64,000 bases of DNA from Squalus acanthias (taxonomy: Eukaryota): NCBI GenBank assembly GCA_030390025.1, contig CM059438.1, positions 82,398,001-82,462,000 of the forward strand. Reading direction: 5' to 3'. Shown here piece after piece: positions 24,264 to 36,863 of this stretch (positions are counted from its first letter, which is position 1; each line of letters starts with the position of its first letter). Made by a program: the position numbers and the translations under genes. The notes under the pieces are model-generated. The model saw only the letters and a list, made by a program, of their open reading frames with translations. It had not been told where the DNA came from and ran no database searches.

Positions 24264-24302
24264 CTGACCAGAGGCCCTGACCAGAGGCCCTGACCAGAGG
24301 CC
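24264..24302. repeat. 13-bp tandem triplication (CTGACCAGAGGCC)x3
   Basis: Read directly from the sequence. Confidence 0.9.
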
Positions 24303-25450
24303 AGGCACCTCCCCACAGGGAGAGAAGGCGGCAAATTCAAAGCAGGCAACTTGCACAGGGAGACATGGTGGAGGTGGGCTTGGGGCAAAAATCATCAGCT
24401 GGCTCGGGGGAGAAAAATAGAGGAAGTGCCCCTTTCAAGAAAGAAAGGAAAAAATGTAATCTATGAGTTGGAAGTCAAAGGCAGGGTCAAATTTCAAGTA
24501 ATTTCAGTTCACCTGATATGATGTATGAAAGGTTAATTGTGGAGATTTTCCCACAACTGTTTTCACTGTCTTTCTGTGATGTCTGCAACACAAAAACCAC
24601 AGCTGCACACCTCATTATGGCTGCAGAGGGACATCCAACTATTTGCTTGAAACGTATTTGCTCTGTGGAGTAAGTGCTGGTGGCAAGTGGCCCAGAACAA
24701 ATTAGAGTTTGGGTAAGAACCAGCAAAAGGGATGGAAATAAGCATCCGTTTGTCTGTCTGAGACAGGCCGCTATCTGCACAGTCGAGAATGCATTTCTTA
24801 CAGCCTGCTCCTGCCAGAAACTCTGCCTCATTCCACTACTGGAAATAAAATTATGTAAAAAAAAAAATGACGCTTGTTGGTAATGGAAGCAAGCAGCCAA
24901 CACTCTGCCGTGAATGGATGGGTTTCACCAGGCTGCTTGTTGCCATCTCATTATTACAAGAAACAAGGAAACAGAGTTCTTCTCAGATATGTTCGGTCAA
25001 GTGGATAAACCCGAGCATAGTGCCCAGAATCCCGGGTACCAACGTCACTTGCACATCTAACTGTGTCAGTGGGAATCTCAGTTTTAAATCAGCCTGTCGT
25101 TTGGGCATTTCACTATTAAAACCTTTTTTTATTTTACACTTCTCCTATTGCCCTTTTTTCACCCCTGAAGCCCATTCGTGTCACCTTCTGACCCACACAC
25201 AGTGCTCAGAGCAGCACAGTAAGCCTTCCGGATGGTGTCTGTATCTGTATCACATCATTCAGTCTGCAGGTGTTTGAAAAATGATTCATCATTGAGGTCA
25301 GAGGGACCCATCAAATTGAGGAGCGCCTCAGTCTGTTTGGAAGAACAAAGATACAAATGAGCAGATCGTGCTTTTCCAATTTTCAGAATGACCTTATTTG
25401 TGGCGGATGGTAATTATCAGTAGTGGTATGAGCATGGAAGAGAAATGCCA

Positions 25451-25567
25451 AGAAAGAACTTGCATTTATCTATAGCCTTTCATGACCTCGGCATGTCTCA
25501 AACGCTTCCCAACCAATGAAGTACTTGTTGAAATGTAGTCACTGGGCAACACAAGTATAGCGGCAGC
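25451..25567 (-). mobile_element. Deu-SINE 3' fragment, antisense
   Basis: Reverse complement of the SINE tail (ACTTGCATTTAT...CCAATGAAGTACTT...GTAGTCACTG). Confidence 0.7.
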
Positions 25568-25709
25568 ATTGAGAGAGAGAGAGGGTGGCGAGCAGCGTCC
25601 TGATAGAGAAGTGACTGCAGCTGGAGTTAGGACTGGATGGGACGGAATGCTTGGGAAGATGTTAAAGGTCCGATAGGAGTAGGACAGTTGGATGCAAAAA
25701 AAGTCACTT

Positions 25710-26290
25710 GGCACTTTTCGAAGAAGAACAGGAGAGTTCTCCTGGTGCCCTGGCTAACATTTATCCCTCAACAAACACCTGAAACAGTGATCTGGTCATT
25801 TATTTCATTGCTGTTTGTGAGTCTTGCTGTGCACAAATTGACTGCCGCATTTTCCCACATTACAACAGTGGGTTCAAGTCCCACTTCAGGAACTTGAACA
25901 CATAAAGCTAGGCTGACTCTCCAGTGCAGTGCTGAGGGAGCGCTGCACTGTCGGAGGTGCCGTCTTTCGGATGAGACGTTAAACCAAGGCCCCGTCTGCT
26001 CTCTCAGGTGGACGTAAAAGATCCTATGGCACTATTTCGAAAAAGAGCAGGGGAGTTATCCCCGGTGTCCTGGGGCCAATATTTATCCCTCAACCAACAT
26101 AACAAAAACAGATTATCTGGTCATTATATCATTGCTGTTTGTGGGAGCTTGCTGTGCGCAAATTGGCTGCCGCGTTTCCCACATTACAACAGTGACTCCA
26201 CTTCAAAAACTACTTAATTGACTGTAAAGCACTTTGAGACGTCCGGTGGTCGTGTAAGGCGCTATATAAATGCAAGTCTTTCTTTTTTTT
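25710..26290 (+). mobile_element. Older Deu-SINE 3' half fused to a young, slightly 5'-truncated Deu-SINE
   Basis: The junction at ~25867-25870 (ACAACAGTG|GGTTCAAGTCC) jumps from the SINE body back to the B-box. The second copy retains many CpGs. Confidence 0.88.
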
Positions 26291-26846
26291 CTCCACCCCC
26301 CACCCCATTCCACCCCCGGACCCCCAACATATGCTTCAGGAAGGTGGGAAAGTCAGAGAGAGGATCATCCCTGGATCACATGTCCTCGTGCCTGGCTGGG
26401 AGTGACATTAGCAGGAGGTTGGGGGCAGGTTACCCACCTGCTGTATTGGCTGTAATCGGAGTAGTCTATGGGAGATTAAGGTGCAATAGGACTGAAAAAT
26501 AAATTGAAAATGACCTGGTAACCTAAAAAAAAACCTTTCCTTTGTTGGGTAGTAAAATCTGCAGTGGCAGCTGAGGTCCAGTGGATAGCACACTCGCCTC
26601 TGAGTCAGAAGGTTGTGGGTTCAAGTCCCACTCCAGGGACTTAAACGCATAAAGCTAGGCTGACTCTCCAGTGCAGTGCTGAGGGAGTGCTGCACTGTCG
26701 GAGGTGCCGTCTTTCAGATGAGACGTTAAACCGAGGCCCCGTCTGCTCTCTCAGGTGGATGTAAAAGATCCCATGGCACTATTTTGAAGAAGAGTAGGGG
26801 AGTTATCCCTGGTGTCCTGGCCAATACTTATCCCTTAACCAACATA

Positions 26847-27056
26847 ACAAATGTGAGAAGTCGCACAACACCAGGTTATAGTCCAACAGTTTTATTTGAA
26901 ATCACAAGCTTTCGGAGCTGCTGCCCCTTCGTCAGGTGAAGGAGCAGCGCTCCGAAAGCTTGTGATTTCAAATAAAACTGTTGGACTATAACCTGGTGTT
27001 GTGCGACTTCTCACATTTGTCCACCCCAGTCCAACACCGGCATCTCCACATCATGG
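26847..27056. mobile_element. Penelope-like insertion with inverted terminal-repeat arms (perfect 72-bp inverted repeat)
   Basis: 26847-26918 is the exact reverse complement of 26949-27020. TSD CAACATA at 26840-26846 and 27057-27063. Confidence 0.88.
26902..26939 (-). ncRNA. Minimal type-I hammerhead ribozyme motif
   Basis: Minus strand: UCAC-CUGACGA-A-GGGGC(AGCA)GCUCC-GAAA-GC-UU-GUGA. Stem I is UCAC/GUGA, stem II has 5 bp including one G-U, and stem III is palindromic AAGCUU. Confidence 0.8.
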
Positions 27057-30000
27057 CAACATAACAAAAACAGATTATCTGGTCGTTATCACATTGCTGT
27101 TTGTGGGAGCTTGCTGTGCGCAAATTGGCTGCTGCGTTTCCTACACTACAGCAGTGACTCCACTTCAAAAGTACTTCATTGGCTGTAAAGCGCTTTGAGA
27201 TGTCTGGTGGCTGTGAAAGGCGCTATATAAATGCAAGTCTTTCTTTTCTTTTATATATGAAACAGCGTTTTAAAGTTTGGGATTAAAATAACTTGTAAAA
27301 TTTTTCCACGTCAGTGAGTTTACAAAACTGATTCCTGCCAACCACAAGTAAGCACAGTTTGCAAACGCAGTGTCGGGGGGAGATTACAGTTTATGTAGAA
27401 ACGTTTTACTCTCAAATAGGATACTGTGCAAGTGTGGCCTGCGATAAGTACAGTAAACTAGATTAAATAAACTCTTGGTACTGCCCTGCCCTGCCCTGTA
27501 TACACCAACGGGAAGGTGGCTGGCACAAGGACTGGGACTGCGACAGGCAGGTGACTGCTAATACAGGTGTCACAATACAAACTAATTGGTCTTTAGACAT
27601 TTGAGGTTGCTGCAGAGACTGGGTCTGGAAATGCTGAGGAAACGTAAAATCCAGACTGGCAAGGCTCCAGCCTCAACTCTACTAATTAGTCATCTCGTTA
27701 ACTCTTCCCATTGTCTTTTTTAATTAAATTGTTGGGGAAACTTCACAAAACTGAAGGCTAGAAAATATAATTTTACTTATTTTGAACTGCAAGTAGTTGG
27801 TCAATAAAATGATTTATCAGATAAACCTTTTCATTAGGTTCTTTTTTTATTAAGGTGCAGTGATGTTCAATGTTTTTAAAACAAAAAATTGCTTTGAAAA
27901 TGCTTTCTTTTTCTTCTCTCCTGAATGCACGAGCTGACACTGGGGTGCAGGCCAGAATACAGGCCTCGACCCCCGAAGAGGATGTCTTTTTTGGCCTCTT
28001 TATAAAGAGGGCTGCCAGAGGAGGTCAATATTCTTTCTGGGAAGGTGGGTGGGGAGGAGGGGCAGGCAGAAATCATTCAACTTCCGGGCACCTTTGGGCA
28101 GGGTTGAGTTCCTGATGCATCTCGAGTAGGCACTTGACCCTGATGTGCCAACAGGTGACCTTCTCCTGACCTGGCGGTCACCACCAACAGTTATGTTGGA
28201 ATGGACAACCTGTGGAGTTTCGTTCCCATAGTGTTTAATGGTGTATATCTCCACATATAATAGTATTTATTTATTGTACATATATAGTTTACATGTAATT
28301 GGGATGTTTCTATGGAACATGCAGATCCAATAATGTGCATATGCTGTATGTTTGTATCAATATACTATTTATATAGAGTCTTTAGAGGATTTATAATGTA
28401 AAGTTGTAGTGCATGGTGCAAATCAGCACCTTTGTTATGTGAGCACCTTACAGTTTCTCATTTAGAGCGAAGAAACATCTTGTTTTAAGTTGTGGAAAAT
28501 GGAAAAAAAAATGATGGAGCGCAACAGAAAATGGGAAAACCCAGTGTGTTGGTTGCTGTTGGATTTGAAGCAGCTTCTCCAACCTGTTCTCCTGCATTAT
28601 AAATGTATTTGAAATATGAAAGTCAAATGTCATAGAAATGAGTGTCAGAGGACTGGGCAGGTGCCAGTGTGATACAATGTCTTGTAAAGATTGTAGTAAT
28701 GAAAATGAACGTCAGGAATGAGTTGTGTTTCTTTCCAGCCAATGTTCTCTTCTGCTGTCTCGAGGGTGTTGACCTGCTTTTCCAGATTAAGGCCCACAGG
28801 TGTTTACTGTCTCTCACCTCCCTCCACCCCCCCCCCCCCCCTCAGGTAACTCCCCCTTTGCTGGGGTTAAGGTCCACAGGGTGTTCATTGCCTCTCAATC
28901 CCCTCCCCGCCCCCACCACTGGCTAACTTGCTCAAGCATCCATTATACAAAAAATATACAAACCGTAACAAGCTGTTAGTGAATACCACCTGGGCCCATG
29001 ATCGCACTGTGCTCTTTAACTCATTGGCATTTAAATAAAAACAAAATAATATGCACCACTTAATTTGCATATGGGGTGTTTGAGGCATGTTTTTAACCAC
29101 ACGCAAGATGTGGAAAGGCATTCACAAAGGGGCATTAATGATTTTTAATCAGCAGGACTCAACACAGTCAGTCTTTATGATAAACGAAGAGACAAATTGG
29201 CTTCAAACATCTTCATTGGAAGATCACAGTACAAACAATGAATGCCACTACACTACAATCAGATCATGTACAGTTGCTCATAAGCTGCTGTGATATTGTC
29301 CCCATCCTCACGGGATACTGGCTCAGCACAGTATCCCAGATGTTGTTGCATTGTTTGGAACGTGAATCCAAAAGGGAATAAATGTTCATTAGCTCTACTT
29401 TCTCCTTTGCCGATCTCACTGATAAATGTTCCAGTCAACAGTAGGATACAAGGCTTCTTCCACCAGAAAAATAAAACAAACCACAGCTCTAACCACTGAA
29501 AAACAGCAACATCCATCAACATCTATAGGAAACATTAACTCAAGTATTCACAGGAGGAAGTCAGCTCCAAGTTCCATTCACTGAATGAAAACAGTCTAGC
29601 TGAAAGGGAAAATGGGACCTTCAGTAGTCTTTTGTACATTAGTCTATATGTAGACTGTGCAATTCCATTATCAGAAGAAAGGAATGACTGATTATGCAAA
29701 AACATATCAATAATCCAACATGTTTCATTTAAATAAAGTGGAAAAAAAGGCAAGCAAAGTAACATTTTCTAATAATAACTAAAACCCAGTTTTCAAATGT
29801 TTCGCTCTCTCCAGCAAGTCTCAGCCAGGTGGAGAAAATACTCAAACATGTCTGAGCTCAGGTTCACATAAAGCCAGATGCCCAGCTAAGTTGAGATACA
29901 ATGGTTTACGGAATAATACAGGCCAGGAAGCTCTCAGGTTTGATCTCCAGGCTGTCCCGAGTTAGACAAGCTTAGCCGAAACCAGCAGTAGGCGTATTAT

Positions 30001-31379
30001 AATTGGCTTCAGCGATGGGAGGAGATATTCGACCAGGGTTCCCGCTCCTAATTGCTATCTAATGACCCCCTGCTGGAAGTGCACACACGCAGCCATGAGG
30101 AAAGGACAGCTTCAGCTGTAGTCACTCAGCCTCTCGCATGAATAATGACCACATGGGGTAGACTGCTTGTTACCCTCATCCTTCAGGAGAGGGGGAAAAT
30201 TGGCAGACAAATCTTGGCTCTCCCACACGACAACCTGCGGCCTCAAAGTTATTTGCAAATAAAAAAAGCTGCATGTTTGATTTCTTCCAAAAAGTTCCCT
30301 TTGGTCAGAGAATAACATTTGAAAATGCAAAAAAAAAAATCTAGTCCCACTGCTAACAGTTCTATTAGCCAAATTTATCAGCTATTAAGTTTGCCAAGTG
30401 ATTTTTCTTGCGCAGTTTACTCATTAAGAACCTAAGTTACTCACAGGATAACTGGTTACATGATCTGAAAGTTAATAATACAGGACTAATTATGTTTGAT
30501 GATATCTCCAGTATCCCTGGATGATAAACACTGAGTTATCTTAGTGGGATGTACTTGAGCTATTGGGACTTCTATGTCAATCTTTAGATTTCTGAGTCCT
30601 GATTGGCTACAAAAAGCAGGGGGTGAAACATAGACAGGAAGCATTATGTCACAAATCAGCCTAATATTAGGTGAGGGTTACATGGGCCGATTAAAAATAT
30701 CACAGCATCCCTTGCACAGTTCTAAATAGTAGTTTAAAAAAGTATATTGTGTGGATGAAGCTTGGGCACAATCCCATTCTTCATCTTCAACAGATTGTGT
30801 CAATCAGAAATATCAACCATCATACAGGGAGGTTTAAAATTTGCCTGCAAACAAAATGCACCCTTTTACCATCAAGGAGAACCTTTCTGCTTCACAGGAA
30901 GATTTAACAATGAGTGATGGTCCTGTTACAATTTTCACAACCAAAATTTTTTAGTAATATTTCACTATGAGTTCCTGATATGTGAGTAGAATTTTGTGAA
31001 ACAGACCAGAAACAGGAATTTACTGAACTACTTAGTGTTTGATGTCTTCCTTCACAGATTCCTGCACTCTTTTCCCCTGGGCCAATATCGTTCAGGTGCA
31101 GTCTTTTGCTCTTTCCTTCAGTGCTTTCTCTTGCGGGCTGGATTCCAATCTCACGCTCTCCTTTTGCCTTTCATCCTCACGAATTTCCTCTACCATATGC
31201 TTGTCATCTTACCTCTCAGAGAGCCAGTCAAAGAAGTCATTATGGAGCAAGTGGATTGTGGAGGAAACCATGTTACATGACTTAGCCATGTCGGTCACCA
31301 GTTTCAGGGGGCATGACCTTTGCTAACAGGTCATGTCAGAGAAGTTGTTCAGGAAAGCCCAATTCCTGCCTGACTCAAG

Positions 31380-33520
31380 CCTTCCGCGAGTGCAACCAAC
31401 TTCCCCCAATCCTCCATCCGTGGAGATAGGTGGAGAACAAAAGCGAAGAATTATTTAAAGGGAAAGATGTGGAGGGAAAATGGGAGTGCTTTAATAAGAT
31501 ACTCTTTACACTGCAGAGGCAGTGTATCCCAGAAATGAACTGATGACTTAACAGGAGAGTAAAATCAACATGAATGAAAGTGGAAGTCATGGAAGGCATG
31601 AGGGAGAAAGGGCGTGTAAAATACTGAAATATACAGGGAGGGAACAAGATGGCGAGAACTGTAAAATGAAACATAAGAACATAAGAAATAGGAGCAGGAG
31701 TCGGCCATTCGGCCCTTCGAGCCTGCTCCGCCATTCAATGAGATCATGGCTGATCTTCTGCCTCAACTCCATTCACCGACCCTATCGCCATATCCCTTGA
31801 TGCCCCTACTAGTCAGAAATCTATCGACTTCTGTTTTGAATATACCCAATGACTGAGCCTCCACAGCCCTCTGGGGTAGAGAATTCCAAAGATTCACCAC
31901 CCTCTGTGTGAAGAAATTTCTTCTCATCTCAGTCCTGAATGGCCTACCCTTTATCTTGAGGCTGTGGCCCCTGGTTCTAGACTCCCCAGCCAAAGGAAAC
32001 ATTCTCCCAGCATCCATCCTATCAAGCCCTGTAATAATTTTTTATGCTTCAATGAGATCCCCTCTCATTCTTCTGAATTCAAGAGAATACAGGCCTAGTT
32101 TACTCAATCTCTTCTCATACGACAGTCCCGCCATCACAGGAATCAATCTCGTGAACCTTCATTGCACTCCCTCTATGGCAAGTATATCCTTCCTTAGGTA
32201 AGGAGACCAAAATTGTACACAGTACTCCAGGTGTGGTCTCACCAAGGCCCTATATAATTGGAGTAAGACCTCTTTACTCCTGTACTCAAATCCTCTTGTA
32301 ATGAAGGCCAGCATACCATTTGCCTTCCTAATGGCTTGCTGCACCTGCACATTCACTTTCAGTGACTCATGTACAAGGACACCCAGGTCCCTTTGAGCAT
32401 CTGCATTCCCCAACCTTTCACCATTTAGGAAATACTCTGCCTTTCTGTTTTTTCTACCAAAGTGGATAACTTCACATTTATCCACATTATATTCCATCTG
32501 CCATGTTCTCGCCCACTCACTGAGCCTGTCGAGATCCCTTTGAAGCCTCTTCACATCCTCTTTGCAACTGACACTGCCACCTAGCTTTGTATCATCAGCA
32601 AATTTGGAAATGTTACATTTAGTCCCCTCATCCAAATCATTGATATAGATTGTGAATAGCTGGGGCCCAAGCACCGATCCTAGCGGTACCCCACTAGTCA
32701 CAGCCTGCCATCCTGAAAAAGACCCGTTTATCCCTACTCTTTGTTTTCTGTCAGCTAACCAATTCTCAATCCATGCTAGTATATTACCCCTAATTCCATG
32801 TGCCCTAATTTTGTTCACCAACCTCTTGTGTGGGACCTTATCGAAGGCCTTCTGAAAATCCAGATACACCACATCTACTGGTTCCCCTTTGTCTACTCCA
32901 CTAGTTACATCCTCAAAGAACTCCAATAGGTTTGTCAAACAGGATTTCCCTTTCATAAATCCATGTTGATATATAAAACTGTTTGCAGGTGGTGAAGAAA
33001 GCAAATAAAATGTTGGGATGTAAAACTAAGGGTCTGATTACATGTTTGAGGAGATTATGTTGAAGTTATATCGTGGCAGCTGGAATACAGTGTTCGGTTT
33101 CGATCTCTGTAACACAGGAAAATGTAGAATTATTGGACGGAGCCCAGAGGAGGGCTACGAGCCTGATTCCTGAACTTAGGCTGGGTTATGAGGAAAGATC
33201 GTCTACCCTGGGACTTCACTCACTCTTGGGAGGAGAAGGATGAGGAGAGACTTGTTAGCGGTTGTTAAAATTCTTACAGTTTTAGAGATTTTGGATGGAG
33301 GGAAGTTCTTTTGTCAGGCACAGGATTTGAGCACGAGGGGACACAGTTTAAAATTAAGGAAATAGGAATTGTGGGCAACTTGTTTTAGTAAGAGGGTGAT
33401 CGAATTGCTGAACAGATTAATAGGCTGGTGTGGGGGTGGGGGGAGTGAAACTAAAAGCCATGGAAGGTTTTAAAGAAGGACTTTATAACTTTCTATTAGG
33501 AAAAGGGATGCAAGGCTACT
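31380..33520 (+). mobile_element. Old, decayed CR1 interrupted by the young CR1 at 31671-32969
   Basis: The left part translates to ELFKGKDVEGKWECFNK. The right part has decayed LEYSVRF, RRMRRDL and STRGHSLKL motifs. Confidence 0.65.
31671..32969 (-). mobile_element. Young CR1 LINE, 5'-truncated, with RT domain
   Basis: ORF 32159-33004 contains QHGF, YLDFQKAFDKV, GVPLGSVLGP and FADD. It has a premature TGA at 32159-32161 and tail ACATAAGAACATAAG. Confidence 0.97.
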
Positions 33521-33814
33521 TGTTCAAGAATCACAGCACGGAAACTGATGGGTAGTTTGAAAGAGTAGGCTAGATGGACAAATGCCCTTGCCCTGCTCCA
33601 AAAGTTACAGCGGTACGACTACTGTGTAACAATGTCAGGCCTGTAATGGGAGTCTGGAGGTGAGGCAACGTGCCATCCTCAGTATCATCGGAATCAAGCT
33701 TTGCACCAGCAACTATACGCACGGTGAACACTGTAGCATCATTTTCCAGGCTCCGCAGAGAGTCGGGTGCTTTTAACGTTAAAACATTTACCATTAAGAT
33801 GGCTCCATTTAATA

Positions 33815-33935
33815 TTAGAAACATAGAAAAATAGGAGCAGGAGTCGGCCATTCGGCCCTTCGAGCCTGCTCTGCCATTCAACACGATCATGGCTGATCCT
33901 CTATCTCAATACCATATTTCGGCGCTCTCCCCAAT
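33815..33935 (-). mobile_element. CR1 3' UTR fragment
   Basis: AGAAACATAGAAAAATAGGAGCAGGAGTCGGCCATTCGGCCCTTCGAGCC. Confidence 0.85.
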
Positions 33936-35404
33936 ACTGCCTTGTCTTGACCCAGGAATGTTTAAAATTTAAATTAGCAGGACATTCTGGCCTCATTGCG
34001 TTACAGTCTTCACCAGGTACACATAATAAGCCTGTGTATAATTAAATACAACATGAAAAGGGCAGGAGCCTGATAGTACAGACAATGTTTTAATCAGGTC
34101 GGTTAGTGGGAGACAAATGGACCAAAATAAATTCCTGCAGAATAAACTTCTCAAGTGAAGTTGGTTTAGTTTCAAAGGTATTCCAAGTACTCAACTGAGG
34201 AAACCTTGCAACAGTATTTTAGGCATTTCTGAAACCAAACCAATTCTTTACTGCTAATAGTTTTACCCAACAATGTGACATGACACCATCTCACTGTGTA
34301 GCACTTTTTGTCAAGATGCACAAGGAATGGATAATTTATATTAAAATCAAGCAAATGCCTTTGAATTCTCTTGATTCCGAAATAAAGTGGGGAAGGTAAG
34401 CAGCTACACACAGCAATCTGTAGTCACACCGAGTAAAATACATTTGGTAATGAATGGTAGAAATCTGTGGTCAGGACACAAGAGGAGGATTGCAGCAGTA
34501 TTGAGAATGGCAAGGTCCCTTCTTGTATTGATCATTACATTTATACACACACCAGCAATACTCTATTTGATGTTCTAGTAGAAGCAGTAGACCTGATCTC
34601 TATGGATTCTCAGACACTCTAATACTGCTCTGATTATATTCTCAGTCTGCGGCGGTCACCCACCGGTAGTTATTTCATGGTCAGGACCAATTGGTTCGCG
34701 GTAGAATTTTCCACTGGGCAGAAGCAAAAGAAATGCTTCCCAAACAGTTATCATCAAACCACTTCTGATATTTGACTGATTCCAACTTCAGTTTCAAGAC
34801 AATCACCATACAGAGAATGTCAGTGATGAATTGGGAAAAAAACAATTGAGAGTGTCTCCATTGTCATAGTTTTCCTCCTTTTTGTTTTACACCGATATAC
34901 CATTCTCCAGCTGGTGTGGGGGAGCCAGGTGACACATGTCGCGGCTTGGTAAAGTGCTATTTTCTGACGAGCTGCTTGAAGGTGCTTCATTACAGTCACC
35001 ATTGACTCCCCTCCTTCCTTCACACTGTAGAAGCCATGTATGATTTGCTTTCTGACAGACTATTTCAGTGCCAAGTATTTTATGCCCCATTTGAAGTCTT
35101 TGGCAAATCACTGCTCTAACAATGCAGGGCCCAGCTGTATGTAGGCTCAGGCTACAAAATGAAAATTGGAACTATTCTCTGAAGCTGCCAGCCATTGATG
35201 CTTAGACAGCACCAAATGATTTTGGGCATTTTGATGCTTTTTCTCCTGTGATCTTTCATGGCCAGGACCTATTGATATGTGGCATTAGAGGATCTCTATT
35301 TCTAATGGGTACCTGTACAGGATTGGCTTAAGTAACCTTTCCAAAATTGTTTGGCAGCTGAATGCACACTGATCAGCTGGTCAGGGACTTGGTAGCTGTC
35401 GGCC

Positions 35405-36863
35405 ACCTTATACAGCACACTGATCAGGAACCTATGGGGCATCTCATATAGCACATGGATCAGGAACCTATGGGGCATCTTATACAGCACATGGATCAGG
35501 AACCTATGGGGCATCTTATATAGCACACGGATCAGGAACCTATGGGGCATCTTATACAGCGCACTGATCAGGAACCTATGGGGCATCTTATACAGCACAC
35601 TGATCAGGAACCTATGGGGCATCTTATACAGCACATGGATCAGGAACCTATGGGGCATCTTATACAGCACATGGATCAGGAACCTATGGGGCATCTTATA
35701 CAGCACACTGATCAGGAACCTATGGGGCATCTTATACAGCACATGGATCAGGAACCTATGGGGCATCTTATACAGCGCACTGATCAGGAACCTATGGACC
35801 ACCTTATACAGCACAAGGATCAGGAACCTATGGGGCATCTTATACAGCACAAGGATCAGGAACCTATGGGGCATCTCATATAGCACATGGATCAGGAACC
35901 TATGGGGCATCTTATATAGCACATGGATCAGGAACCTATGGGGCATCTCATACAGCACACGGATCAGGAACCTATGGGGCATCTCATATAGCACATGGAT
36001 CAGGAACCTATGGACCACCTTATACAGCACAAGGATCAGGAACCTATGGGGCATCTCATATAGCACAAGGATCAGGAACCTATGGGGCATCTTATACAGC
36101 ACATGGATCAGGAACCTATGGGGCATCTTATACAGCACACTGATCAGGAACCTATGGGGCATCTTATACAGCACAAGGATCAGGAACCTATGGGGCATCT
36201 TATACAGCACAAGGATCAGGAACCTATGGGGCATCTTATACAGCACAAGGATCAGGAACCTATGGGGCATCTCATACAGCACATGGATCAGGAACCTATG
36301 GGGCATCTTATATAGCACATGGATCAGGAACCTATGGGGCATCTTATACAGCACAAGGATCAGGAACCTATGGGGCATCTTATACAGCACACTGATCAGG
36401 AACCTATGGGGCATCTTATACAGCACAAGGATCAGGAACCTATGGGGCATCTCATACAGCACACTGATCAGGAACCTATGGGGCATCTCATACAGCACAC
36501 AGATCAGGAACCTATGGGGCATCTCATACAGCACACTGATCAGGAACCTATGGGGCATCTTATACAGCACAAGGATCAGGAACCTATGGGGCATCTCATA
36601 CAGCACATGGATCAGGAACCTATGGGGCATCTTATATAGCACATGGATCAGGAACCTATGGGGCATCTTATACAGCACAAGGATCAGGAACCTATGGGGC
36701 ATCTTATACAGCACACTGATCAGGAACCTATGGGGCATCTTATACAGCACAAGGATCAGGAACCTATGGGGCATCTCATACAGCACACTGATCAGGAACC
36801 TATGGGGCATCTCATACAGCACACAGATCAGGAACCTATGGGGCATACAGCACATGGATCAGG
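35405..36863. repeat. 36-bp minisatellite, ~40 units (GATCAGGAACCTATGGGGCATCTTATACAGCACANN)
   Basis: Read directly from the sequence. It explains the 517-aa MPHRFLIxVLYK ORF. Confidence 0.98.

Larger units (their letters stand above)
26566..27252 (+). mobile_element. Full-length Deu-SINE carrying a 210-bp insertion
   Basis: Matches the consensus at 26566-26846 and 27057-27252. Confidence 0.92.
9182..31289 (-). other. Candidate uncharacterised multi-exon transcription unit (small protein or lncRNA)
   Basis: Hand-found AG/GT-bounded segments: 31213-31289, 30445-30464, 26438-26465, 24802-24838, 24513-24582, 21131-21178, 18742-18814, 15445-15466, 12651-12716 and 9276 onward. They are phase-compatible and stop-free when joined. 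AATAAA lies at 8794-8799 on the minus strand. I recognise no homologue. Confidence 0.3.

Noticed and set aside
35302-36855. 517-aa ORF as a protein-coding gene
   Set aside because: It is a direct translation of the minisatellite, with no domain or splice context.
35405-36863. 36-bp repeats as a CRISPR array
   Set aside because: The units are head-to-tail with no unique spacers, there are no cas genes, and the context is eukaryotic.
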